Shown: piece after piece, positions 9,025 through 16,450 of the stretch
How the letters are laid out: every line of letters begins with the position of its first letter
How positions within the stretch are numbered: the first letter of the stretch is position 1
Origin: Candidatus Caldarchaeales archaeon
GTDB taxonomy: Archaea; Thermoproteota; Nitrososphaeria_A; Caldarchaeales; Calditenuaceae
Length of the DNA stretch: 32,000 bases
Reading direction: 5' to 3'
Assembly: GCA_032249095.1 (NCBI GenBank)
Contig: JAVVGN010000012.1
Location: 362 to 32,361, forward strand
The notes under the pieces: model-generated
What the model saw: only the letters and a program-made list of their open reading frames with translations
What the model was told of the DNA's origin: nothing
Databases searched by the model: none
Position numbers and translations under genes: made by a program

Positions 9025-10150
9025 TTATCCGGGGACTTGGTCCGAGACGAGGGCGGAGAGCCTCCTTATTGCCTGTATCTTTTCGTGGTCTCTGAGCCGC
9101 GCCTGGAGAACCGCGTCTCTGAGTATTCGCGCGTGTTCAAGCATGGCTCTTCTGTCGACGTAGTAGGGTCTTCCGCTCTTGGTTCCGTGGGCATAGGCGA
9201 ATTTCACCGGGTCCCTCCAAGAGGCTTTCGACCCATATATAAGGCAGGAGATGTAGGCCAGCCCTCTTATGGTGGCGGGCCCGATCCCACGTGCCACGAG
9301 CAGCTCCTTAAATTCGCCGACGCTCTTGACCCTGCGCAAGGTCTCCTCGTCCAACGTGGTTGGGGGCGCCAAGTAGCTGGGCACGCTGCGCGCCAGCTCG
9401 GGGGGGATGTCCTTGTCTAAGAGGCGCTGGCTCTTCAAGATGGCTTTCACCTGAGCAAGGTCCTCCTTAATCCGGCTTGGGGGAGTGTCTCCAAGTATCT
9501 CGACCATAACTTTCCGCGTCTGGGTCGACAAGGCGCTAGTTAGGTCCAACACACACTCCCGCTCCCTCTCCGCTAAGATAGAAGTATGGGGCTCCTGGAC
9601 ACCGGCACCCTTCTCGCTCGACCAGTGATATCGCCTCGCAGTCCTGTCATCCACGTTCATCCCCTGATTGACCACCACCCACGTCCCTCCTTCAGCAACT
9701 ATCATCGTGTGGAAGTATATCCTGTAGGAGTCTTGGATGGCAGACTCGTCAACACTGCAGGTGAGCCTGGAGGCGCTGATCAGTTCTCCCACGTCCTCTA
9801 CACCTATTTTCCTGAGCTGATGCCCAGCCTCGTAGGGCACCCAACGCATCTCCTCCCCCTTACCCCCGACTATCCGGACTGGGATGTCTCTTTCCTGCAA
9901 CCCAACCTTGAGGGCCTTTAGAGTAACGGTTGTTTGGCCACTCGTGTTCCACTCAAACCCTAGGACACAGGCTAGAGCGGTCAGCCAGCACGGGATCCGA
10001 GAAGCGCCTAACAGTCTCCGCAGGCCCGTGGACCTCTACAAGCGCCCTCACTATCTCACGGCCCAGCTCAACCATCTCGCGAAAATGGGGCACAGAACCC
10101 TCTACCAGCCATAATCTAGCCGAGCCTACCCTCTCCAACCCAACAAACAC
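9025..10150 (-). pseudogene. DUF763 (COG1415)-like conserved protein, frameshifted
   Basis: ORF 9953..10150 encodes the N-terminus (...FREMVELGREI...RRFSDPV). ORF 9025..9900, open upstream to about 9990, encodes the rest (WLTALACVLGFEWNTSGQTT ... FAYAHGTKSGRPYYVDRR). The two frames meet near 9990..9993. Confidence 0.7.
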
Positions 10151-10177
10151 CCTCTGCTGCCACTCTTATTAGCGTTT

Positions 10178-10183
10178 CTTAAA
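10178..10183 (-). promoter_or_regulatory. TATA-like box upstream of the DUF763-like gene
   Basis: The minus strand reads catttaagaa, about 28 nt upstream of the GTG at 10150. Confidence 0.35.
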
Positions 10184-10322
10184 TGAGGTTTTTCTTGTAT
10201 TGAAACACGCGATGATGTCAGTTATCGGATACTTTTCACTTTTCTATAGTTATCCCCTTTTCGGTTTATCCACTATATCTTCTTAGGATGTGGCTTGGAG
10301 TGATCCTTGCGAAAGGCGTTTC

Positions 10323-10473
10323 TAGCTCTTAGTGAGTGCAGGGGTGGTGATGGCCTGGTTATTGGGGCCACTACTCTTTATATGAGGGGCCGGTGGGGGT
10401 TCCTCCCCGAGACGGGTGATGAGGATGTGGTTGGTGGTGACTGATTCGGGGATCGAGCTTGCAGTGGGGGAGG
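10323..10473 (+). repeat. ~150-bp repeat, copy B (TATA-like box plus box C/D-like hairpin)
   Basis: It aligns with the reverse complement of 85..231. Elements are tttatat at 10377..10383, GTGATGA at 10416..10422, CTGA at 10441..10444, and flanking complementary hexamers ccccga (10405..10410) and tcgggg (10446..10451). Confidence 0.7.
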
Positions 10474-10665
10474 GCTCTGAACATTACTCCGACACCCGAT
10501 GGAGTCATGGTTGTGCAGAACGAGTGGGATGGAAGGCTGAGGACTTGGATGATACCCTCCATCGCGACGCTTAGATGGCTAATATACGAGGCCACTGCTG
10601 GAGAAAAACCGCCGAGGATCTACCACCTACCACCACTCAACTCGATAGTCCTAGAGAGGGAGTAG
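10459..10665 (+). CDS. small ORF (68 aa); its C-terminal part is conserved in the second module copy
   Basis: Its 29 codons from 10538 align with 20634..20720. They show 7 synonymous and 4 non-synonymous codon differences, a pattern expected for a translated frame. Confidence 0.35.
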   Translation: MQWGRALNITPTPDGVMVVQNEWDGRLRTWMIPSIATLRWLIYEATAGEKPPRIYHLPPLNSIVLERE

Positions 10666-10731
10666 ATAGAGAGGTTCCACATAGTTGCAAGGCCATATGA
10701 GATAAAGACACAGAATGAGGGGGTGTAGTGA

Positions 10732-11617
10732 GTGGGTAGATACCTGCCGCGGGAGCTTCGGATCAAGCTGTACAATGATGTCGTTGCCCTTCGGAGACGC
10801 GGTCTGACATATAGAGGGATCATCGGGGAGGTCTGGCGAAGATACGGAGCCAGGATATCCAAGTCTCACATAAGTTACTGGCTACGTGGAGTGCATAGCC
10901 CATACAACGGTAGATTGATACCTTCACTAGAACTGTTGAAGCCTTCAGAGGAGTTGGCGTACGTGATAGGTGTGAAGGTCGGTGACGGATACACTTATAG
11001 GAGAAAACATGCCATCAAATGCTAAACCATGTCTGGATAGGCCTTAAGGCTAAAGATAGGGAGTTCGTCGAGGAGTTCGCTAGATGTCTTGCAAAGGTTA
11101 TAGTTAGGAGACAAATTAGGTCGAGATTTAGGGATGATGTAGGGAAATATGTCGTCGAAGTTGGGTCGAAGAAGCTCTACGAGCTACTCAGAAAAACCAG
11201 TAGACCTCGAGAGGCTGAAGAAATATATTGAGCACTGTGAGAGGTGCGTGGCAGCATTCCTCAGGGGATTCGCAGACTCAGAATGATGTGCTAACAAGAG
11301 GGGTTACATATTTATCCTCAACACCGACCAGAGACTACTCACCTATATCATGGATCTTCTTAGGAGATTTAACATTGAATCAAGGGGGCCAAGAATTCAT
11401 GTCCGGCGAGGAACCATAATCAATGATCCTGAGAGAGGGAAGAAATACTCACGCAACAAGGATTGTCATCGCCTACATATTCGAGCCAGCAGTAATATGA
11501 GCTTCTATATACGTAGGCTTCACTATTAGGAGGAAGCAGATACGGCTAGAAAGCTACGTCAAGAGAACCACTAGAAAACCTACCCCTCCCCCAACCATTT
11601 CCCCCATCTCAAAATAA
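10732..11617 (+). pseudogene. HTH + double-LAGLIDADG homing-endonuclease-like gene, copy 1, heavily decayed
   Basis: Motifs LAYVIGVKVGDGYTY and AAFLRGFADSE. The frame breaks near 11010 and 11200, there is an in-frame TGA at 11284 where copy 2 has GGA, and a 2-nt deficit sits near 11505. It is a paralogue of 20819..21687. Confidence 0.8.
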
Positions 11618-11628
11618 ATAACTAATCC

Positions 11629-11702
<74 letters not shown>

Positions 11703-11767
11703 ACACTCCTCCGGGTGATAGATGTCGCAAGGCGGTTTTTGAGTCTTTACTCAAGCTGAAGTGGGTC

Positions 11768-13120
11768 GTGGTTTGGGTTAAATGTTGGGCTTTTCCCCTT
11801 TACTTGAGCTTGGCGCGAATACCGCTGCAGCCCCCCAGAGGTATGGACGACTACCTCCCCGAGGAGACGGCGCTTCTGAACCGTCTGGTGGGGACGGTGA
11901 GAGAGCTCTTCAGACTCTATGGATACAGTGAGGTTGAGACGCCGGCCGTCGAGTATTACGAGTTATTCGCGGCCAAGTCAGGTGTCGAGATCTTGGAGCA
12001 CATGTATGTCTTCAAGGACGCGCATGGGAGGCTTCTCGCACTCCGGCCTGAGATGACCGCGCCTATCGCGAGGCTGGTCGCGGGAAAGATGAGCAGGAGG
12101 CCGCTACCCTTGAGACTCGGCTACGTTGCCGACTGCTACAGGCTTGACGAGCCCCAGTGGGGGAGAAGGCGGAGGTTTTATCACGGGGGCTTCGAGATAT
12201 TCGGGTCGCGGAGCCCGCTCACCGACGTCGAGACATTGATGATATGCGAGGACTTTATGAGGAGGGTCGGAGTCAGCGACTGCACCTACAAGCTTGGACA
12301 CGTGGGTGTGCATCGAGGGGTTATGTCAGCTGCAGGGATAGGCGACTCCGAGCAGGACGTGATACTATCACTCATAGATAGGGGAAAGGTGGAGGACGCG
12401 GTGAGGAGGGCGCGCAGCGAGGCAAAAGATTCAGGAGTCGTCGAGACCTTCCAACTCTTGGTAGAAACGCCCGCGGGGCCCGCGGCAGAGACCTGCGAGA
12501 AGGTCGAGTCGGTTGTCCAGCAGTATGCCCTAGCCCGCGAGGCCGCCAGCAATATGAGGGAGATCGTTGGGCTGGCGTCATCCGTCATTGAGCCGGGCAG
12601 GCTGGTCTATGACCCAGGCTTCGCCCGCGGACTCTCCTACTACACCGGCTTTATCTTTGAGGCCTACGGACCCAAGGCAGAGGTAGCTCTAGCTGGGGGC
12701 GGGAGGTACGACGGCCTGCTCCCACTCATCGGGGGTCTTGACATCCCTGGAGTCGGCTTCGCCATCGGGATCACACGCGTGCTGCACTACCTGGTCGACA
12801 AGATGGGTCACAGACCCTCCGCGACGCCGCCACTCTTTTACGCCGTCGCCCTTGCTAACACTGCTAGGAGGCACCTAGTACGCGCAGTGGTGGAGCTGCG
12901 GCGTGCGGGTGTGCCTGTTGAGATGGAGGCCGCAGTCTACAGCCCCTCAGAGGCTATTCCACGCGCACAGCGGAGGGGGGCTAGATACGTCTTAATGATC
13001 GGGGACAGAGAGATTGAGCGAGGAGTGGTGACTGTGAGGGATCTGTCGGCCAGGACACAGGAGGAGTGGCGAATAGAGCAAATACACGCGAGGGGGGTTG
13101 AGCTACTGGGCCGGCGGTGA
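11768..13120 (+). CDS. hisS: histidine--tRNA ligase
   Basis: Class II motifs: PRGMDDYLPEE, RPEMTAPIAR, GGGRYDGL, and a C-terminal anticodon-binding domain. The true start is probably TTG at 11804 or 11810 rather than GTG at 11768. Confidence 0.95.
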   Translation: MVWVKCWAFPLYLSLARIPLQPPRGMDDYLPEETALLNRLVGTVRELFRLYGYSEVETPAVEYYELFAAKSGVEILEHMYVFKDAHGRLLALRPEMTAPIARLVAGKMSRRPLPLRLGYVADCYRLDEPQWGRRRRFYHGGFEIFGSRSPLTDVETLMICEDFMRRVGVSDCTYKLGHVGVHRGVMSAAGIGDSEQDVILSLIDRGKVEDAVRRARSEAKDSGVVETFQLLVETPAGPAAETCEKVESVVQQYALAREAASNMREIVGLASSVIEPGRLVYDPGFARGLSYYTGFIFEAYGPKAEVALAGGGRYDGLLPLIGGLDIPGVGFAIGITRVLHYLVDKMGHRPSATPPLFYAVALANTARRHLVRAVVELRRAGVPVEMEAAVYSPSEAIPRAQRRGARYVLMIGDREIERGVVTVRDLSARTQEEWRIEQIHARGVELLGRR

Positions 13121-13126
13121 AGATGC

Positions 13127-13936
13127 TTGGACGCCTTGCTGCTTCTTGAGAGCGTCGCGGTCGTATCGTTGCTGAGCATTATGGCGTTAAGACTTCGAGT
13201 TCTGGACCTAGCGGGGACGGTGCTCGCAGCCCTACTAGGTCTGATCATCTACTGGGCCTTCGGTCGAGGCGGCTTTCTCGTCTTGGCCCTCTTTGTTGTC
13301 GTGGCAGGGCTTACGACGAAGTTTGGCTACGTGAGGAAGAGCTTGAAGGGCGGTGCCGAGCCGCGGATGGGGCTGAGGGGGTGGCGGAACGTCGCCGGGA
13401 ACGGCCTCTTGGCCGCGTTAATAGCTCTCGCGCAGCTTATGTCGCCCGAGCCGAAGGAGATGCTTGTGGCATCATACCTTGGTGCCGTGGCCGCGGTTTT
13501 CGGAGACACCATGGCTACAGAGGTTGGTCTTCTCTCGCGGGGACAGCCCCGCCTTATCCTCGGACTAGGCAGGGTCCAACCAGGGACACCGGGTGGAGTA
13601 ACAGTGCTAGGATACCTTGGCGCCCTATCCTCTGGAATAGTGTTGTCGGGAGCTACGATAGCCCTCGGCGCACTCAACCCTATGAGTCGCTCCCTAGCGA
13701 TCCCAGTGGCTATAGGCGGGGCTATCGTCGGCACGACGGTTGACAGCTTAGTCGGACAGCTATTCCAAGCAATCTACGTCTGCGAGGAGTGCGGGGCCCT
13801 GACTGAGCATAGCCTTCACTGCGGCAGAAAGGGGCGGCTCGTTAAGGGTTACAGAATCGTTGGAAACCAGTTCGTGAATTTTGTCGCCAGTCTTTCTGGG
13901 GCGAGCTGGGGCCTCGCGGTTGTACTAGCCTCTTAG
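13127..13936 (+). CDS. DUF92/TMEM19-family integral membrane protein (VTE6-like) with a C-terminal Cys/His knuckle
   Basis: Multi-TM protein with [18 protein letters not shown] and PGTPGGVT blocks typical of DUF92. The C-terminal part carries CEEC-x8-HC. Confidence 0.75.
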   Translation: MDALLLLESVAVVSLLSIMALRLRVLDLAGTVLAALLGLIIYWAFGRGGFLVLALFVVVAGLTTKFGYVRKSLKGGAEPRMGLRGWRNVAGNGLLAALIALAQLMSPEPKEMLVASYLGAVAAVFGDTMATEVGLLSRGQPRLILGLGRVQPGTPGGVTVLGYLGALSSGIVLSGATIALGALNPMSRSLAIPVAIGGAIVGTTVDSLVGQLFQAIYVCEECGALTEHSLHCGRKGRLVKGYRIVGNQFVNFVASLSGASWGLAVVLAS

Positions 13937-15345
13937 GATTGGGCGGCTTTCGCCCTAACGTAATACTTCTTCACGAACTCGGGCCTTATCTTGGTGAGAC
14001 TCTCCTCGGGCAGCGTGCTCAGGATCTCCCAGGCTATGGCCAGTGACTCGTCTAGGGTTCTATTCTCGTCGACACCCTGCTTTAGGAAGCGTGTCTCGAA
14101 GAGGTCCCCAAACTCTATAAGCTTGATGTCCTGGGCCGATAGGCTAGACTTGCCAACAATCTCTGCGAGTGATCGTAGCTGGACTGCCCTCGAGTAAGAG
14201 GCGTAGAGCTGGTTCGAGACATCGCCGTGGTCCGGCCTAGTCTTCTTGGGCGCTATGATACCGGGCCCCATTAGCCGCGAGAGACTCATGAGCACGTTTA
14301 TCGGAGGATAAATGCCCTTCCTGAAAAGGTCCCTGCTCAAGACGATCTGCCCCTCGGTTATGTAACCTGTCAGGTCGGGGACCGGATGGGTGATGTCGTC
14401 GCTCGGCATGCTGAGAATTGGCATCTGAGTCACGCTTCCCGGACGACCCTTTATCCTCCCAGCCCTCTCATATATGGACGCCAAGTCACTGTACATGTAT
14501 CCAGGATAGCCCTTCCTGCCCGGAACCTCCTCACGAGCCGCACTAATCTCCCGGAGCGACTCCGCATAGTTAGTCATGTCTGTGAGGATTACGAGCACGT
14601 GGTAGTCGCGCTCGAAAGCCAGAAACTCAGCTAGAGTGAGGGCGACACGCGGCGTAATGACCCTCTCAACCGCTGGGTCGTCCGCAAGGTTGAGGAAGAG
14701 GGCGGATCTACCGATAGCGCCACTCTCCTCTAGGACCTTTCTATAAAAGCGCGCCTCATCGTTCTGCACACCTATCGCTGCGAGAATGACGGCGAATTCC
14801 TCCTCCTTTCCTGGCACCACGGCCTGCCGGGCTATCTGGGCGGCTAGGATGTTGTGGGGTAGGCCTGGTCCGCTGAAGACGGGGAGCTTCTGCCCCCTCA
14901 CGAGGCTGTTCATGACGTCGATGGCCGAGATTCCTGTCTGGATAAAGTCGCTTGGATACTCCCTCCTCTCGGGGTTCAGGGGCTCTCCGTTCACATCTCG
15001 GAACTCCTCGACAGGGGGCTCAGAAAGGCCGTCAAGCGGTCTCCCCAACCCATCGAAGACCCTCCCCAACATATCCTCAGAGACGCCCAGCCTCATTGTT
15101 GACCCGAGGAACCGAGCCTTTAGCCCCTCAATCGATAGACCCGTCGTGCCCTCAAAGACCTGGACAACCGCCCTCCCCCCACCAACCTCGAGAACCCTGC
15201 CCAGCCTCCTCTCCCCACTCGGGGTCTCGATCTCCACCAGCTCGTCATAGGACGCCCTGGACACTCGGTCAACCACCACGAGGGGGCCCCTAATCTCGCG
15301 TATAGTTGTATACTCGATTCCGGACCCGTGGCCGACCCTCTGCAT
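13933..15345 (-). CDS. atpB: A-type (V-type) ATP synthase subunit B
   Basis: Strong AtpB-like sequence ([15 protein letters not shown]..., [20 protein letters not shown]). The track ORF reaches a TTG at 15387. The ATG at 15345 gives a typical 471-aa protein with a T-rich box about 28 nt upstream. Confidence 0.95.
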   Translation of the reverse strand: MQRVGHGSGIEYTTIREIRGPLVVVDRVSRASYDELVEIETPSGERRLGRVLEVGGGRAVVQVFEGTTGLSIEGLKARFLGSTMRLGVSEDMLGRVFDGLGRPLDGLSEPPVEEFRDVNGEPLNPERREYPSDFIQTGISAIDVMNSLVRGQKLPVFSGPGLPHNILAAQIARQAVVPGKEEEFAVILAAIGVQNDEARFYRKVLEESGAIGRSALFLNLADDPAVERVITPRVALTLAEFLAFERDYHVLVILTDMTNYAESLREISAAREEVPGRKGYPGYMYSDLASIYERAGRIKGRPGSVTQMPILSMPSDDITHPVPDLTGYITEGQIVLSRDLFRKGIYPPINVLMSLSRLMGPGIIAPKKTRPDHGDVSNQLYASYSRAVQLRSLAEIVGKSSLSAQDIKLIEFGDLFETRFLKQGVDENRTLDESLAIAWEILSTLPEESLTKIRPEFVKKYYVRAKAAQS

Positions 15346-15369
15346 CACATGGAACCCCAGGCAACCTTC

Positions 15370-15377
15370 TAAAAAAC
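15370..15377 (-). promoter_or_regulatory. possible TATA-like box for atpB
   Basis: The minus strand reads ttttttag, 26-32 nt upstream of the ATG at 15345. Confidence 0.3.
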
Positions 15378-15406
15378 CCTGTCGCAAAGGAGCATCCCCA
15401 CTAACA

Positions 15407-15414
15407 GTTATATG
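15407..15414 (+). promoter_or_regulatory. TATA-like box for atpD
   Basis: gttatatg lies 26-33 nt upstream of the ATG at 15440. Confidence 0.4.
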
Positions 15415-15439
15415 TAGAGGGCCTCATGAGGAGTGGTAG

Positions 15440-16081
15440 ATGTCGGTAGCCTTTGGACGCGGATACCTGAGGACGAGACTAGAGCTAATCCGGCTTAGAA
15501 GAGTCGTGAGGACTGCCAAGCGTGTGCACGGCATACTCGAGGACAAGAGGGACGTACTGATAAACAGGCTAAACCAGCTGATAGAGGAGGCTGAGGCGCT
15601 AAGGTCGCGGGCGATAGAGGGGCTTACGGAGGCCTATGACGACCTATTAGGCGCCTACGTAGAGCTTGGTCCACAGACGATTGAGTCCATAGCGCGATCC
15701 GTCCCCGAGACAGTCGACATAAGCGTGGAGAGCTACACGATGATGGGCATGTCGCTCGTGACGCTAGAGGTCTCCGGGGGTGACTCCAAGCTGCCATACG
15801 GCTTCGGAGACACATCTCTAGCCCTAGACGAGGCAGTAAGGAAGATCAGGAGGGTTGTCGCAGATATCTGCAGGGCCGCGGCAGTCGAGAACAACATCTA
15901 CAGGGTGGCTAGCGAGCTACGGAAGACCCAGAGACTTCTGAACGCCCTCGAACACGTAATAATACCTAGGTATGAGGAGGCCATAAGGGTTATCTCCGCC
16001 ACACTGGAGGAGAACGACAGAGAATACTTCGTGAAGCTCAAGCATATCAAGAGGGTCCTCGAGCGCCGCAGGGCAAGCTAA
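15440..16081 (+). CDS. atpD: A-type (V-type) ATP synthase subunit D
   Basis: 213-aa coiled-coil protein with an N-terminus typical of subunit D (TRLELIRLRRVVRTAKRVHGILEDKRDVL). Confidence 0.9.
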   Translation: MSVAFGRGYLRTRLELIRLRRVVRTAKRVHGILEDKRDVLINRLNQLIEEAEALRSRAIEGLTEAYDDLLGAYVELGPQTIESIARSVPETVDISVESYTMMGMSLVTLEVSGGDSKLPYGFGDTSLALDEAVRKIRRVVADICRAAAVENNIYRVASELRKTQRLLNALEHVIIPRYEEAIRVISATLEENDREYFVKLKHIKRVLERRRAS

Positions 16082-16119
16082 ACCTTAAAACCCTAGCACG
16101 CAAACGATAACATACCGGA

Positions 16120-16263
16120 ATGAGCATAGAGGAAAAGGTCAGAGAAATCATCGCGGCATCGGCCGAGAGGGTTAGAGCGACGGCAAACAGCCTAGCCGAG
16201 GAAATTGAGAGGGAGGCAAACCAGATCCTTGAACGCGCGCTAAAACGCGCCAAGACGAGCTAG
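16120..16263 (+). CDS. 47-aa coiled-coil micro-protein, possibly a peripheral-stalk (H/G-like) ATPase subunit
   Basis: ATG at 16120 to TAG at 16261..16263, below the ORF-track size cutoff. It reads MSIEEKVREIIAASAERVRATANSLAEEIEREANQILERALKRAKTS, lies 38 nt after atpD on the same strand, and has an E/R/A-rich heptad character. Confidence 0.4.
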   Translation: MSIEEKVREIIAASAERVRATANSLAEEIEREANQILERALKRAKTS

Positions 16264-16419
16264 GTGCGAGAAGAGCACCAATGCTCGCCCAACGACTGGG
16301 GCTCAGCCAAGGAATAGGCACAAGGGCGGGGGGTTAATCTGGTCGGCTCCCGCTTTCTCATAATTGTCGTCTAAACATACACACCGCAGTAGGGTTTTTC
16401 ATAACTTCGTATCTTAATG

Positions 16420-16427
16420 TTTAAATA
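16420..16427 (+). promoter_or_regulatory. TATA box of the ABC importer cassette
   Basis: tttaaata lies 24-31 nt upstream of the ATG at 16451. Confidence 0.45.
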
Positions 16428-16450
16428 TGATTTTGTACGCCGACTAAGCG

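Noticed and set aside
10190-10320. A possible C/D box sRNA in the AT-rich spacer (gcgatgatgtc...).
   Set aside because: The sequence is ATGATGT, not RUGAUGA. No CTGA follows at an appropriate distance and there is no terminal stem.
10405-10452. A canonical archaeal C/D box guide sRNA.
   Set aside because: Only one C box and one D box lie 18 nt apart. There is no D'/C' pair and no two 12-nt guides, and the D box is TTGA in the other copy. It is kept only as a C/D-like k-turn hairpin candidate.
10620-10869. Antisense ORFs 10620..10862 and 10651..10869, with near-identical counterparts 20674..20913 and 20738..20956. Their conservation could suggest a real gene.
   Set aside because: Their conservation follows trivially from the 125-bp identical DNA block and the LAGLIDADG coding constraint on the other strand. 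Third-position differences fit the plus-strand frames, not these.
16047-16253. 68-aa minus-strand ORF between atpD and the ABC cassette.
   Set aside because: It has a low-complexity S/A/R composition and overlaps the atpD 3' end. The opposite strand holds a clean 47-codon coiled-coil ORF co-oriented with atpD.
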